From Schmidtea polychroa (taxonomy: Eukaryota), in contig CM097885.1 in the NCBI GenBank assembly GCA_044892525.1, positions 2,916,001 through 2,980,000 of the forward strand: a stretch of DNA of 64,000 nt, given 5' to 3'. Under the pieces are notes generated by a model. The model ran no database searches. It saw nothing but the letters and a program-made list of their open reading frames with translations, and was not told the DNA's origin. Both the position numbers and the translations under genes were made by a program. The first letter of the stretch is position 1; each line of letters starts with the position of its first letter. Below are positions 1-11,621 of this stretch, one piece after another.

Positions 1-574
1 ATATCCATTCATAAATCAATCTACTACTATATCCTGGTTCCAGCCTTAAATCCATACAATTCCAAAAGCATTCATTCAATGAATCATTATCTACTATTGC
101 TTTGTCTAAATGCATCAAATAAATCGATAACTTCAAAATGCATTTATTGTAATTAAATAAATCAATCAAATATCCAATGGAGGAATGTTTGAAAATTTCT
201 AAAATTTTTATGGTTTCCTTTTCAGTGAGAGTATCATAATTGTTCATAAAATCTTCAACGGTGCAGTTTAAAAACTTGAATGATCTCGTGGTCATCAGTA
301 ATTTCTTAATAAATTTATGAAAATACTTATATTCTGCACACATTTATAAGAGATACATTAAAACAACTCATTTATTAAACAAGAAAATAATTTAAAATCA
401 ATAATGGTAATTTTAAGGATTATCTTCGATAGATTTTATTGAATAATGGTTCATTAAAAAGGTCTTGAAGAGCTCTATCTAATGGTTATATATTTGAAGA
501 TATAATGTTTGTGCACAATATAGTAAGTATTATTATTTTTATTATTATTTTTATTAACAAACTACATTCTAATA

Positions 575-1342
575 AGTAGTAGGATGTAGGCTCCCCAGAC
601 CATGTCCCCTCCAGACCACATATACCCCCTCCCCCCCCGGAAAAAAATTTTTTTTTTAAAATAAAAGGTCAAGGTCATTTTTTTTTTTTTTTTTTAATTT
701 TTTGTTTTAATTAATTGGCCGGGATGGCCCCTACTTTTTCTCATCCCAAAAATTAATGTTCCCACCAACGGATTTTATTGGACGATACCTCATCTTAAAG
801 CTCAGTCCAAGACCTTTCGATTGATCCATAGAAGGTATCATCATCATTATTATTGACAAAGTTATTAACAATTGATGACCACCATCTTTTCAACGTTAAA
901 TTATTATTATTATTCAAAATATTATTAATTGGCCGGGCGGTGACATACTTTTTCTCATCCCAAAAGTTATCGTTCCCATTATCCGAATTTATTAATCGAT
1001 AGCTTATTTTAAAGCTCTGTGCAAGAACTTTCTAATGAGATATAGATTTTTATCATACGATGACTCATCACATTTTTAGAACGATGCCTAATATTTTTAA
1101 ATCGATGCCTAATATTTTTAGAACGATGCCTAATATTTTTAGAGCGATTACGTCATACTTTTAGAACGATGCCTAATATTTTAAGAACGATGCCTAATAT
1201 TTTTAAATCGATGCCTAATATTTTTAGAACGATGCCTAATATTTTTAGAGCGATTACGTCATACTTTTAGAACGATGCCTAATATTTTAAGAACGATGCC
1301 TAATATTTTTAGAACTATTACGTAATCGATGTCTAATATTTT
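575..1342 (+). repeat. Left TIR of the pPolB-only element
   Basis: Reverse complement of 6200-6999 apart from a few substitutions and a short extra block on the right. Contains two diverged copies of a unit (from ~711 and ~925) and a ~21-bp tandem array TTTTAGAACGATGCCTAATAT (~1073-1320). Confidence 0.93.
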
Positions 1343-4300
1343 ATACAGTATACATAAATCCCATTTAAATCAGTTCTCTTTAAATAAAAAGGATTTATTT
1401 AACAAACTACGAAATACTGCAAAACCTATAATTAAAACTAATGTGAATAATACAAAACCTGTAAATAATATTACAAAACCTGTAAATAATAATACAAAAC
1501 CTTTAAATAATATTACAAAACCTGTAAATAATAATACAAAACCTGTAAATAATATTACAAAACCTGTAAATAATAATACAAAACATGTAAATAATATTAC
1601 AAAACCTGTAAATAATAATACAAAACATGTAAATAATATTACAAAACCTTTAATTAATAATGTTATTAATGTAAATAATAATTTAAAAAGACCTGCTGTT
1701 AGTATTGGGTCTGATGCTCCCTCTAAAATTAATAAATTAGAACAAATAACTGTGGTTAATAATATTCAAGTAGGCGGTTCAGTTGATATTGACGATGAAC
1801 CTGAAATCGAAATTGATTTTAAGGGGGTTCGAAAGAATCTAAGATTTAATGTAGAAAAGGATAACATCATTCAAATATCCATAACCGATAAAATCGTTAA
1901 TAAGTTAAAACATGAAATAATCAGAATGGGGTCGGTGAAAATACAATTCTCTGTATTGATTCAATTTGAAAAAGATGGTGAAATTAAAGATAATTTCTTC
2001 TCGAATAGGGCAGAGGCTTTTTCAGATAGTTTTCTAAGTGAGGGGGTTCACAAATTAAATAATAAAATAGAAAAATTCACATATTTGGGTAGTGGATGGC
2101 GGGTTGTTAAAATCAAAGAAATTGATTTTATATTAACAAAATTTACACATATGAATAGGCTAGCTGGACATAGTTACATCCCCACCCCATCATCTTTAAA
2201 ATCTAAAAATGCAATAGTAAATGTTAAAAACACCGATGATATGTGCTTTATATATAGTATTTTAGCACTTTTAAAACGTAATGTCGTACATAGTCATAGG
2301 AACCGTGTTAGTTCCTATGAAAATTATCTTGACGAGTTAAATTTTGACCCCATTTCCGACTGTCCAATGAAACTATGTGATATTCCTAAATTCGAGATGA
2401 AAAATAAGGATTTAAATTTAGCAATAAATGTTTTAACTTATAGAACGACCTCTGCTAAGCCTTTTGAAAATATAGTTGACGATAATTATATTCCACATCA
2501 TCCCAAATTGGATATAATTCACCGATCTAAGGTTATAGGTGGTGAACCCATATACTTACTTTTATTGGAAGATGGTGATAATTTTCATTACACCGCAGTT
2601 TTTAATTTGCAAAGACTAATGAATTGTCGCTCTAGCAGTGAATGTGGCGTTAGAATTAAAGTGAACTGGTGCCCCCATTGTCTCAATGGTTTTCGACTTA
2701 AAAATGCATTTGATATTCACGTTGCCTTATGCATTAAAAACCAGATAGGTACTACTTTATACACGCTACCCAATGATAAAAATTTAATTTTTCAAAATTA
2801 TGCGAAAACCATAACCCCGCCATTCGTGATATATACAGACTTTGAATCAATTTTACCGGGGGATATAATACACCATCAAAAGCATTTGCCAATAACAGCA
2901 GGTTTATTATTAATAAATAATTATAATAACTCTAAATTTTATTATGAGTTTGTTGGGGATGATTGCATCTTATCTTTCTTGCGTAAGGTGGAGGAAATTG
3001 CTATGACAATTGTCCTGCCATATTACGAAATTAATGGGAAAAAGCCCATGCAAACCTTGTCTTTCGCTGAAGAGCGGGCCTTTCGTGATTCCAGAACCTG
3101 CTACCTTTGTAAAAAATTTATTAGAAATAGAGTTAGGGATCATTGCCACTTCTCAGGTAAGTATCTTGGTGCTGCCTGTAGGAAATGTAATGTGTCTCGG
3201 CGAATTCAGAGACAGTTACCTGTGGTTTTTCATAATTTGAGAGGGTATGATCTCCATCATATTTTGAAGTATGGCTTGAATAATTTTCCTTCTTGGGAAT
3301 TAAATATTATTCCGACCACTACCGAGAAATTCATCTCTCTCATCGCATACATTAACAAACTGTCTGTTCGTTTTATTGACAGCATGCAGTTTGTTAATTC
3401 GTCTTTAGCAAAAGCAGTTAAGACTCTTTCCGATCTGCCTTTAACTTCTTCTGTTTTTGATGGCGCAATTGTTCGAGCCAAAGGTATCTTTCCTTATGAC
3501 TTTGCCACATCTCTTGAGGTTCTGGAATCGACTCTTGAATTGCCACCTATCTGGGATTCTGTGTCTAATGATGAATATGCATTAGCTCAAGTTATTTGGA
3601 CTCAGCAAAACTGCAACAACATGTTAGATTACATGTTAACTTACCTTAAATTAGACGTGTTTCTCCTCGCAGACTATTTCCAACAATTCCGTGCAAAGGC
3701 CATTGCTTACAATGGTCTTGAGCCTCTTAATTTCTATGGCATTCCCGGTATGTCATGGGCCTCTGCGCTTATGACATTAACGGAACCCATTGAACTTTTG
3801 CAGGACATGGAAATGTTTAATTTCTATGAAGGAGGGATACGGGGTGGGTTAACATTTGTTAACAAACATTATGTTGCAAGTTCTGAAGACACAGAACTCT
3901 TGTATATTGATATTAATAACTTGTATGGTTGGGCCTTAAGCCAAAATCTGCCTTATGCTGACTTTGTTTGGGTGTATGATGATCTTGATTCTGTCTTGAA
4001 TGAATGTATGAATGCTGATATCGATAACCTTCCATATGGTTATACTATGGAGGTAGATATCGATATACCTGATTGTTTGCATGACTTTCTGAATGATTTT
4101 CCTCTTGCTCCGGAAAAGATGTGCCCGCCAAATTCTAAAGTTGAGAAGCTGATGCTCACGCATTGGCCGAAGAAGAACCATGTTCTTCATTGGCGACTTC
4201 TCAAGTTGTATATAGAATTGGGGGCTATTATTAAAAATGTACATAGAGCAATCAAATTTAAGCATGCACACATTTTCAAATCTTACATAGACAAAAACAC

Positions 4301-5300
4301 TAATTTGAGAGCCAATTCTACATGCGAATTATATAGGGATCTATACAAATTATTTAATAATAGTCTGTATGGGAAATCCGTAGAAAACCTTAAAAAACGG
4401 ATGAATTTGAGGCTATGCAATTCAGCTGAAAAGATGATTGTATATGCTTCAAAGCCGACTTTCAAGAAATCTATCAAAATTGATGATGACTTGATTGCTG
4501 CACATCTATATAAGGATTCTATATGTTTAGACAGGCCTAGTTACATTGGCCAAACGGTGCTAGACCTGTCTAAACTGAGGATGTACCAGTTACAGTATAA
4601 AGAATTGGCTAAATATAGAAATGAATTTAAATGTGAGATAAATATCGTTGCCTGCGATACTGACTCCTTTTTTCTTGAGGTTAGGCACTGTAAGCTTGAC
4701 ATTCTTTTGCCGGCAATGATTCGTGACAATCTTTTAGACACTTCCAACTATGACCCTGCACATCCCTTATACTCTAGAAACCTTGATTCTGTGATAGGTA
4801 AATTTAAAGATGAAAGTAAAGGTCTAGGGTATAAGGAATGGGTTTTCTTAAGACCCAAGTGCTATAGTTTGTTAGGGGCTAAAGATCATTTAAAAGCAAA
4901 AGGAGTCAGGTTAATAGGTACAGAAATTAGGCACGATTCATATTTAGAATGCTACAATAACAACGTAGTATTTTCTGTGCCACAAAGTAGGATAGGGACG
5001 CGGAACCACCAATTGTATACATTTAAAAACAATAAAATCGCGTTGTCAAACAACGACGACAAGCGGTTTTGGGTGGGGAAAAATTCCAGTCTCGCATTTG
5101 GTCATTATTTAGCACTAGATGATATAAATGATGATCAAATATTTGAAGAAGTTGGGGCACTATTCGGAGGATTAAGTCCAGATTTTGTTTCTGGCGATGA
5201 GGAAGTGGGTCTACTTTTCAATGGTTTAAGTCCAGATTTCTATTCTGGTGATGATCCTAATGATGAAATTGATATTGATGATGTACAATTGAGTGATTAA
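1329..5300 (+). CDS. Protein-primed family B DNA polymerase (pPolB) with endonuclease VII/HNH-like insert, intact, 1323 aa
   Basis: ExoI YTDFES, ExoII FHNLRGYD, ExoIII YLKLDV, PolA DINNLYGWAL, PolB KLFNNSLYGK, PolC CDTDSF, KCYS, KAKGV. Insert CYLC...DHCHFSGKYLGAACRKCN. N-terminal 7-aa TKPVNN(N/I) repeats. Confidence 0.95.
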   Translation: MSNILYSIHKSHLNQFSLNKKDLFNKLRNTAKPIIKTNVNNTKPVNNITKPVNNNTKPLNNITKPVNNNTKPVNNITKPVNNNTKHVNNITKPVNNNTKHVNNITKPLINNVINVNNNLKRPAVSIGSDAPSKINKLEQITVVNNIQVGGSVDIDDEPEIEIDFKGVRKNLRFNVEKDNIIQISITDKIVNKLKHEIIRMGSVKIQFSVLIQFEKDGEIKDNFFSNRAEAFSDSFLSEGVHKLNNKIEKFTYLGSGWRVVKIKEIDFILTKFTHMNRLAGHSYIPTPSSLKSKNAIVNVKNTDDMCFIYSILALLKRNVVHSHRNRVSSYENYLDELNFDPISDCPMKLCDIPKFEMKNKDLNLAINVLTYRTTSAKPFENIVDDNYIPHHPKLDIIHRSKVIGGEPIYLLLLEDGDNFHYTAVFNLQRLMNCRSSSECGVRIKVNWCPHCLNGFRLKNAFDIHVALCIKNQIGTTLYTLPNDKNLIFQNYAKTITPPFVIYTDFESILPGDIIHHQKHLPITAGLLLINNYNNSKFYYEFVGDDCILSFLRKVEEIAMTIVLPYYEINGKKPMQTLSFAEERAFRDSRTCYLCKKFIRNRVRDHCHFSGKYLGAACRKCNVSRRIQRQLPVVFHNLRGYDLHHILKYGLNNFPSWELNIIPTTTEKFISLIAYINKLSVRFIDSMQFVNSSLAKAVKTLSDLPLTSSVFDGAIVRAKGIFPYDFATSLEVLESTLELPPIWDSVSNDEYALAQVIWTQQNCNNMLDYMLTYLKLDVFLLADYFQQFRAKAIAYNGLEPLNFYGIPGMSWASALMTLTEPIELLQDMEMFNFYEGGIRGGLTFVNKHYVASSEDTELLYIDINNLYGWALSQNLPYADFVWVYDDLDSVLNECMNADIDNLPYGYTMEVDIDIPDCLHDFLNDFPLAPEKMCPPNSKVEKLMLTHWPKKNHVLHWRLLKLYIELGAIIKNVHRAIKFKHAHIFKSYIDKNTNLRANSTCELYRDLYKLFNNSLYGKSVENLKKRMNLRLCNSAEKMIVYASKPTFKKSIKIDDDLIAAHLYKDSICLDRPSYIGQTVLDLSKLRMYQLQYKELAKYRNEFKCEINIVACDTDSFFLEVRHCKLDILLPAMIRDNLLDTSNYDPAHPLYSRNLDSVIGKFKDESKGLGYKEWVFLRPKCYSLLGAKDHLKAKGVRLIGTEIRHDSYLECYNNNVVFSVPQSRIGTRNHQLYTFKNNKIALSNNDDKRFWVGKNSSLAFGHYLALDDINDDQIFEEVGALFGGLSPDFVSGDEEVGLLFNGLSPDFYSGDDPNDEIDIDDVQLSD

Positions 5301-5781
5301 GCGATTTTAATATCTTTTTCCTGTGATAAATAAATATAACTTTGTAAAAACATTGATTTGTGTTGATTTTTATTAATGAAACGTTTTCGTATTTCTTTCT
5401 ATGGATAAAAATCATTATATTGTGTAATATTATTAAACATTCCTTAAGTGTTTAAACATAGAAAGTATATTAAAATTTGTTTTATTATTGAAAACTAGTA
5501 ATGTTGTCACTATGGAACAGGACTTTGTTTTGAGCCATTAAAAGAATTTAAATTTTTATAAAGTTTTATTATTTTTATTTAATTTGATAATACTGTTCAT
5601 ATTTACTTTAGTTTGCAGTGAGCATGTAACTAAATATCTTTGAAAAAATAATAATAATAATAATATGAACAGTACCCATGTGACTTGTTGAGTGTGAGTA
5701 GTACATTTGTGTGCAGTACCCATAGGGGGACAGAATATTTTGTCGGATAGACTAGGAGTATATAATAATTATAAATATAAT

Positions 5782-5847
<66 letters not shown>

Positions 5848-5949
5848 TTACGACATATTGAGTGTGAGTAGTACCCTTGTGACTTGTTGAATGTGAGTAG
5901 TACATTTGTGTGCAGTACCCATAGGGGGACAGAATATCTTGTCGGATAG

Positions 5950-5981
<32 letters not shown>

Positions 5982-6199
5982 TATAATAATAATAATAATA
6001 ATAAAACTTAGAAAATAATAATATGTAATCAACGATTTAAACAAAATTATATTATTACGTATTCGATAATTAAAACAAAAATTATTAGTTCTAAAAATAT
6101 TTGGCATCGTTCTAAAAATATTAGGCATCGTTCTAAAAGTATGACGTAATCGTTCTAAAAATATTAGGCACCATTCTAAAAATATTTGGCATCGTTCTA

Positions 6200-6999
6200 A
6201 AAATATTAGACATCGATTACGTAATAGTTCTAAAAATATTAGGCATCATTCTTAAAATATTAGGCATCGTTCTAAAAGTATGACGTAATCGCTCTAAAAA
6301 TATTAGGCATCGTTCTAAAAATATTAGGCATCGATTTAAAAATATTAGGCATCGTTCTTAAAATATTAGGCATCGTTCTAAAAGTATGACGTAATCGCTC
6401 TAAAAATATTAGGCATCGTTCTAAAAATATTAGGCATCGATTTAAAAATATTAGGCATCGTTCTAAAAATATGATGAGTCATTGTCTTTGTTCTAAAAAT
6501 GTGATGAGTCATCGTATGATAAAAATCTATATCTCATTAGAAAGTTCTTGCACAGAGCTTTAAAATAAGCTATCGATTAATAAATTCGGATAATGGGAAC
6601 GATAACTTTTGGGATGAGAAAAAGTATGTCACCGCCCGGCCAATTAATAATATTTTGAATAATAATAATAATTTAACGTTGAAAAGATGGTGGTCATCAA
6701 TTGTTAATAACTTTGTCAATAATAATGATGATGATACCTTCTATGGATCAATCGAAAGGTCTTGGACTGAGCTTTAAGATGAGGTATCGTCCAATAAAAT
6801 CCGTTGGTGGGAACATTAATTTTTGGGATGAGAAAAAGTAGGGGCCATCCCGGCCAATTAATTAAAACAAAAAATTTAAAAAAAAAAAAAAAAAATGACC
6901 TTGACCTTTTATTTTAAAAAAAAATTTTTTTTCCGGGGGGGGGAGGGGGTATATGTGGTCTGGAGGGGACATGGTCTGGGGAGCCCACATCCTACTACT
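6200..6999 (-). repeat. Right TIR of the pPolB-only element
   Basis: Inverted copy of 575-1342; the 21-bp array continues further inward to ~6088. Confidence 0.93.
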
Positions 7000-7138
7000 C
7001 TAATAAAATACTTTTACACATCAAATTATTAAAAAAAAAAAATCAAAGAAATAAAACTGATAATTATAAAACGAAAAAGAGACTTTACAATAATTTCTAT
7101 TTTACAAAAATTCAAACAAGTCCGATCACAGAATTAAA

Positions 7139-10100
7139 TTAATCTTGTAGATGTTGATTGATGAGATCGGGATCTGCTCTTGATTGAATATCATTATCGT
7201 CATTATCAATGACATCAACCCCTAAATAATGACCATATGCAAAACTAGAGTTTTTCTCTACCCAAGCTCTTTTATCATCATGATTAGTTAAAGTAATCTT
7301 TGAGTTTTTAAAGGTAAAAAGCTGATGATTTCGGGTTCCTATTCTAGTCTGAGGTACAGAAATAACTGTGTTGTTGTTGTAACAGTCTAAATAGGATTGA
7401 TGTTTTATATCTGTACCTGGTAATTTTACGCCCTTAGCTCTCATAGTAGATTTATTTCCTAAAAGACTGTAGCACTTTGGTCGCAAGAAAACCCACTCAC
7501 TATATCCTACACCCTTACTCTCATCCTTAAACTTTCCTATAACTGAGTCGAGTCTCCTAGAATATAAAGGATGAGAGGGATCATAATTTGAGGTGTCTAA
7601 CAAGTCATCCGAAATCATCGCTGGCAAAAGAACGTCAAGCTTTACATTTTTGACCTCTAAGAAGAAACTATCGGTATCACCCGCAACTATATTTATATCA
7701 CAGTTAAACTGACTCCTATATTTTGCTAATTCTATGTACTGTAATTGATACATCCTTAGTTTGGATAAATCCAGCACTGATTGTCCGATGTAGCTGGGTC
7801 TATCCAAACATATAGACTCCTTATTGAGATGTACACCAAAAAGATCATCATCAATTTTGATGGTTTTTCTAAATGATGGTTTTGATGAATATGTAATTAA
7901 TTTTTCCGCGGAATTACATAGTCGTAAATTTAATCTCTTCTTAAGGTTTTCAACGGATTTACCGTACAAGCTATTATTATACAATTTGAATAAATCTCTG
8001 TACAGTTCACTGCTTGCTTCAGCTCTTAGCTGTGTATTTTTATTTATATAATTTTCAAAAATCGGTGCTTGCTTGAATTTTATAGCCCTATGGATGTGTA
8101 CAACTTTGGCACCAAGAGACAAATAAAGCTTGAGAAGCCTCCAATGAAGAACATGGTTCTTCTTTGGCCAATGCGTGAGCATCAACTTCTCAACTTTCGA
8201 ACCAGGCGGGCACATTTTCTCAGGAGCAAGAGGAAAGTCATTTAAAAAATCATGAAAAATTTCTGGAATATCTATATCCACTTCTATGGTATAACCATAG
8301 GGAAGGATTTCAATGTCAGCATTCATGCACTCAAGCAATACATCATTCAATCCATCATACACCCAAGTGAAATCAGCAAAAGGAAGATTTTGGCTAAGAG
8401 CCCAACCATACAGATTATTTATATCAATATATAATAATTCTGTATTATCAGAAGCAGCAACGTAATGTTTGTTAACAAATGTTAACCCACCACGTATTCC
8501 TCCTTCGTAAAAATTGAACATTTCCATGTCCTGTAAAAGTTCTATAGGCTTAGTTAATGTCATAAGCGCTGAGGCCCATGACATACCCGGAATACCATAA
8601 AAGTTTAGAGGTTCTAGACCATTGTATGCAATGGCCTTGGCACGAAATTGTTGGAAATAGTCCGCAAGGAGGAATACATCCAATTTTTGATAAGTTAACA
8701 TATAGTCAGCCAATTTAGTACAACGTTGTTGAGTCCAAATAAGTTGAGCCTTAGCATACTCATCTTCAGTAACACCAGACCAAATAGGAGGCAATTCATA
8801 AGTGGTTTCAAGTACATCCAAATCAGTCGCATAATCATAAGGAAATATGGCTTTAGCATCTATTATTAGCCTATCAAAAACCGACGAAGTCAAAGGAAGA
8901 TCAGTTAGAGTTTTTACAGCCTTAGCCAAAGAACAAATAACAAATTGTATGCTGTCGATAAAACGAACAGCTAATTTTTTAATGTGAACAATCATCGAGA
9001 TAAATTTCTCTGTGCTTGTGGGTATTATATTCAAATTCCAAGAAGGAAAGCCATTGAGACCATATTTTAAAATATGGTGTAAGTCGTAGCCTCGTAAATT
9101 ATGAAATACAATCGGCAGCTGTTTATAAATTCTGCGAGCCATATTACATTTCTTACAGGCTGCACCGAGATAATTACCAGTAAAATGGTCATGATCTCGA
9201 ACAGCAAGGGATAAAACCTTCTTGCAAAGATAGCAGTTCTTACAAGATTTGAATTGTCGTTCCTCAGCAAAAGTCATAGGTCCTAACCGTTTTTTCCCTT
9301 CAAGCTCATAATAAGGTAGGACAATTGTGACAGCAATTTGCTCTACTTTTTTAAGAAATTGAGGTATACAATCAAGACCATAAAACTCGTAATACGATTT
9401 TCTATTGTTAAGATTATTTATTAATAAAAGACCTGCTGAAATAGGTAAATGTATTTGATGATGTTTAACATCTTTAGGTAAAACCGATTCAAAATCGGAA
9501 TAAATAACAAAGGGTGGGGTGATTCTCTTTGAATGATTTTGAAACACTAAATATTTATTTTCGGGTAAAGTGTAAAGGGTTGTACCCGTTTGATTTTTAC
9601 TGCATAGGGCCACATGTTTAGTGAAAGCATTGTCCATTCGAAAACCGTTAAGACAATGTGGGCACCATTTGCATCTTATTTGAATACTACAGTCATTATT
9701 ACGATGGCAGTTCATTAAACGTGTAATGTTGGTCACTGCGGTGTAATGATAATTATCCTTATTTTCCAAGAGTAATAAATAAATTGGAGTACCGCCAGTA
9801 ACCGTTGATCTGTGAATTATACTTAAGTGGGGGTGTTTAAAAACATAGTCATTAGGAACCTGATCATCATCAACTATCACAGTAGGGGTATAAGCCAGAA
9901 CATTTATGGCGAGATTTAAGTCTAAATTTTTCTTTTCGAATTTAGGTATATTACACAATTTCATCGGACAATCCGTGACTTCATTGTAATTAAGAATATT
10001 TAAAAGATTTTCATATTTTGAAACTCTTTCAGGGTGGCTACCTATTTCATCTTTTTTCAAGAGCGCGAGAATACTATAAAGGAAACACTTATGATCCTTA

Positions 10101-11097
10101 TTTTTAACATTTATAATTGCTCCTTTAGATTTCAAATCTGCAGGTGTACGAATGTAACTATGACCAGATAGACGACAAATAGGAGCAAATTTAGTCAGAA
10201 TGAAATCGATCTCTAAGATATTAATTACTCTCCAGCCACTACCTAAATAGGTAAACTTTTCAATTTTTTCGTTTAACTTATTAACCCCCTCAATTAAAAG
10301 TTATCCGAAAAGATCTCGGCTTTATTTGAAAAGTAGTTGTCACGGATTTCCCCATCTTTTTCAAATCTTATAAGAATAGCGAATTGAATTTTGACGCTAC
10401 CCATGTTATTTATTTCAGTTGTTAACTTTTCAGTGATCCTATCCGTTATTATAATTTTAATTAATTGTGAATCGGCAATATCAAATCGAATAGTTCGAAT
10501 GGCGCCATTTAAATTTGATTCTATTATCGGCTCAATCACTAAAGATGATCCACCTATTTGATTTATAGTATTTATAGTATTATCATTATTTATATTTTCA
10601 TTTATAGTATTTATAGTATTAATATTATCATTTATAATATCATGATTTATAGTATATATAATATTATTACATTCGTCATCACTGAGTAGAATGACTTCAT
10701 TTTTAATAATTTCGTCGTCACTGATCTCAATGACTTCAGTTTTTATAATTTTATTTTTAATTTTAGACACCCTATGTTCAGCAGGTCTTTTATTAGATTT
10801 CTTTTTTGTGTTATTATTTAAAATATTTACAATTTCAATGTTATTCTTATTTATTATTTTAAACAGTTCTTGTTTATTTGTTTTGAAAGAATTTAAGTGC
10901 TGAGAATGTTGACTATAAAATTCCTTATACCTTACACTCTGGGAAGTTTTGCATATGGGGCAAATAAAAAAGTTGATGCCATTAAAAGGTTGGCGATAAT
11001 ATTTCTTCATATTTTTGTGGCATATCAAACTATGTCCGATTGACGATACACAGTATCGTGGGTATAATGGACCTGATAAATTATAAATATATATCAA
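7139..11097 (-). pseudogene. pPolB of Polinton A with a single 1-nt frameshift near 10297
   Basis: ORF 10294-11097 ends FSDNF*; adding one T gives FSDNFLIEGVNKLNEKIEKFTYLGSGW, collinear with the 1329-5300 protein. ORF 7139-10135 has all Exo/Pol motifs (YSDFES, DINNLYG, KLYNNSLYGK, GDTDSF). The 5' end is uncertain. Confidence 0.88.
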
Positions 11098-11227
11098 ATA
11101 TATTTATAAATTATTGAAAAATATTAATCATAAAAAGTGTATTCATAATGTAATTTTATTGTAGAGTTATTGCAATGTTTTTATTCAATATTATTATCAT
11201 GTATTTATTGATATTTATATGGGGCAT

Positions 11228-11395
11228 TTATTTTTCTATTTTAAACATTAATTTATCATGACTCCCATTTCGATAGTTAGTTTGAATATCGAAATAAACA
11301 AACAATTTGTTTTTGATATTTTTATATTTAATTATTTTGGGTACTTACTTTATAATTATATATCTGACAGTAATATGACAATTATAAGTGACAAT

Positions 11396-11449
<54 letters not shown>

Positions 11450-11564
11450 TTGTGCTAATATCGATAAATTTATTTTGGACAAAGTTCGTTATTTTCTCTA
11501 TTTGATTCTCATCGTTTCGTTTCTAATTTCATGTCAAAAACTTAGTATTATTATTATTATTATA

Positions 11565-11621
<57 letters not shown>

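Larger units (their letters stand above)
575..6999 (+). mobile_element. pPolB-only Polinton-type element (6,425 bp) with long TIRs and 6-bp TSD
   Basis: Starts AGTAGTAGGATGT (575) and ends ACATCCTACTACT (6999). Flanked by CTAATA at 569-574 and 7000-7005. The only substantial ORF is pPolB. Confidence 0.93.

Noticed and set aside
1073..1320. 21-bp TIR array as a CRISPR-like array
   Set aside because: No unique spacers; it is an ordinary subterminal tandem repeat mirrored in the other TIR.
3010..9270. Short ORFs overlapping or antisense to the pPolB genes
   Set aside because: Shadow frames of long coding sequences; their mutual similarity simply follows pPolB homology.
10290..10302. Programmed -1 frameshift in Polinton A pPolB
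   Set aside because: No canonical X XXY YYZ heptamer, and the paralogue is continuous here; mutation or a homopolymer error is simpler.
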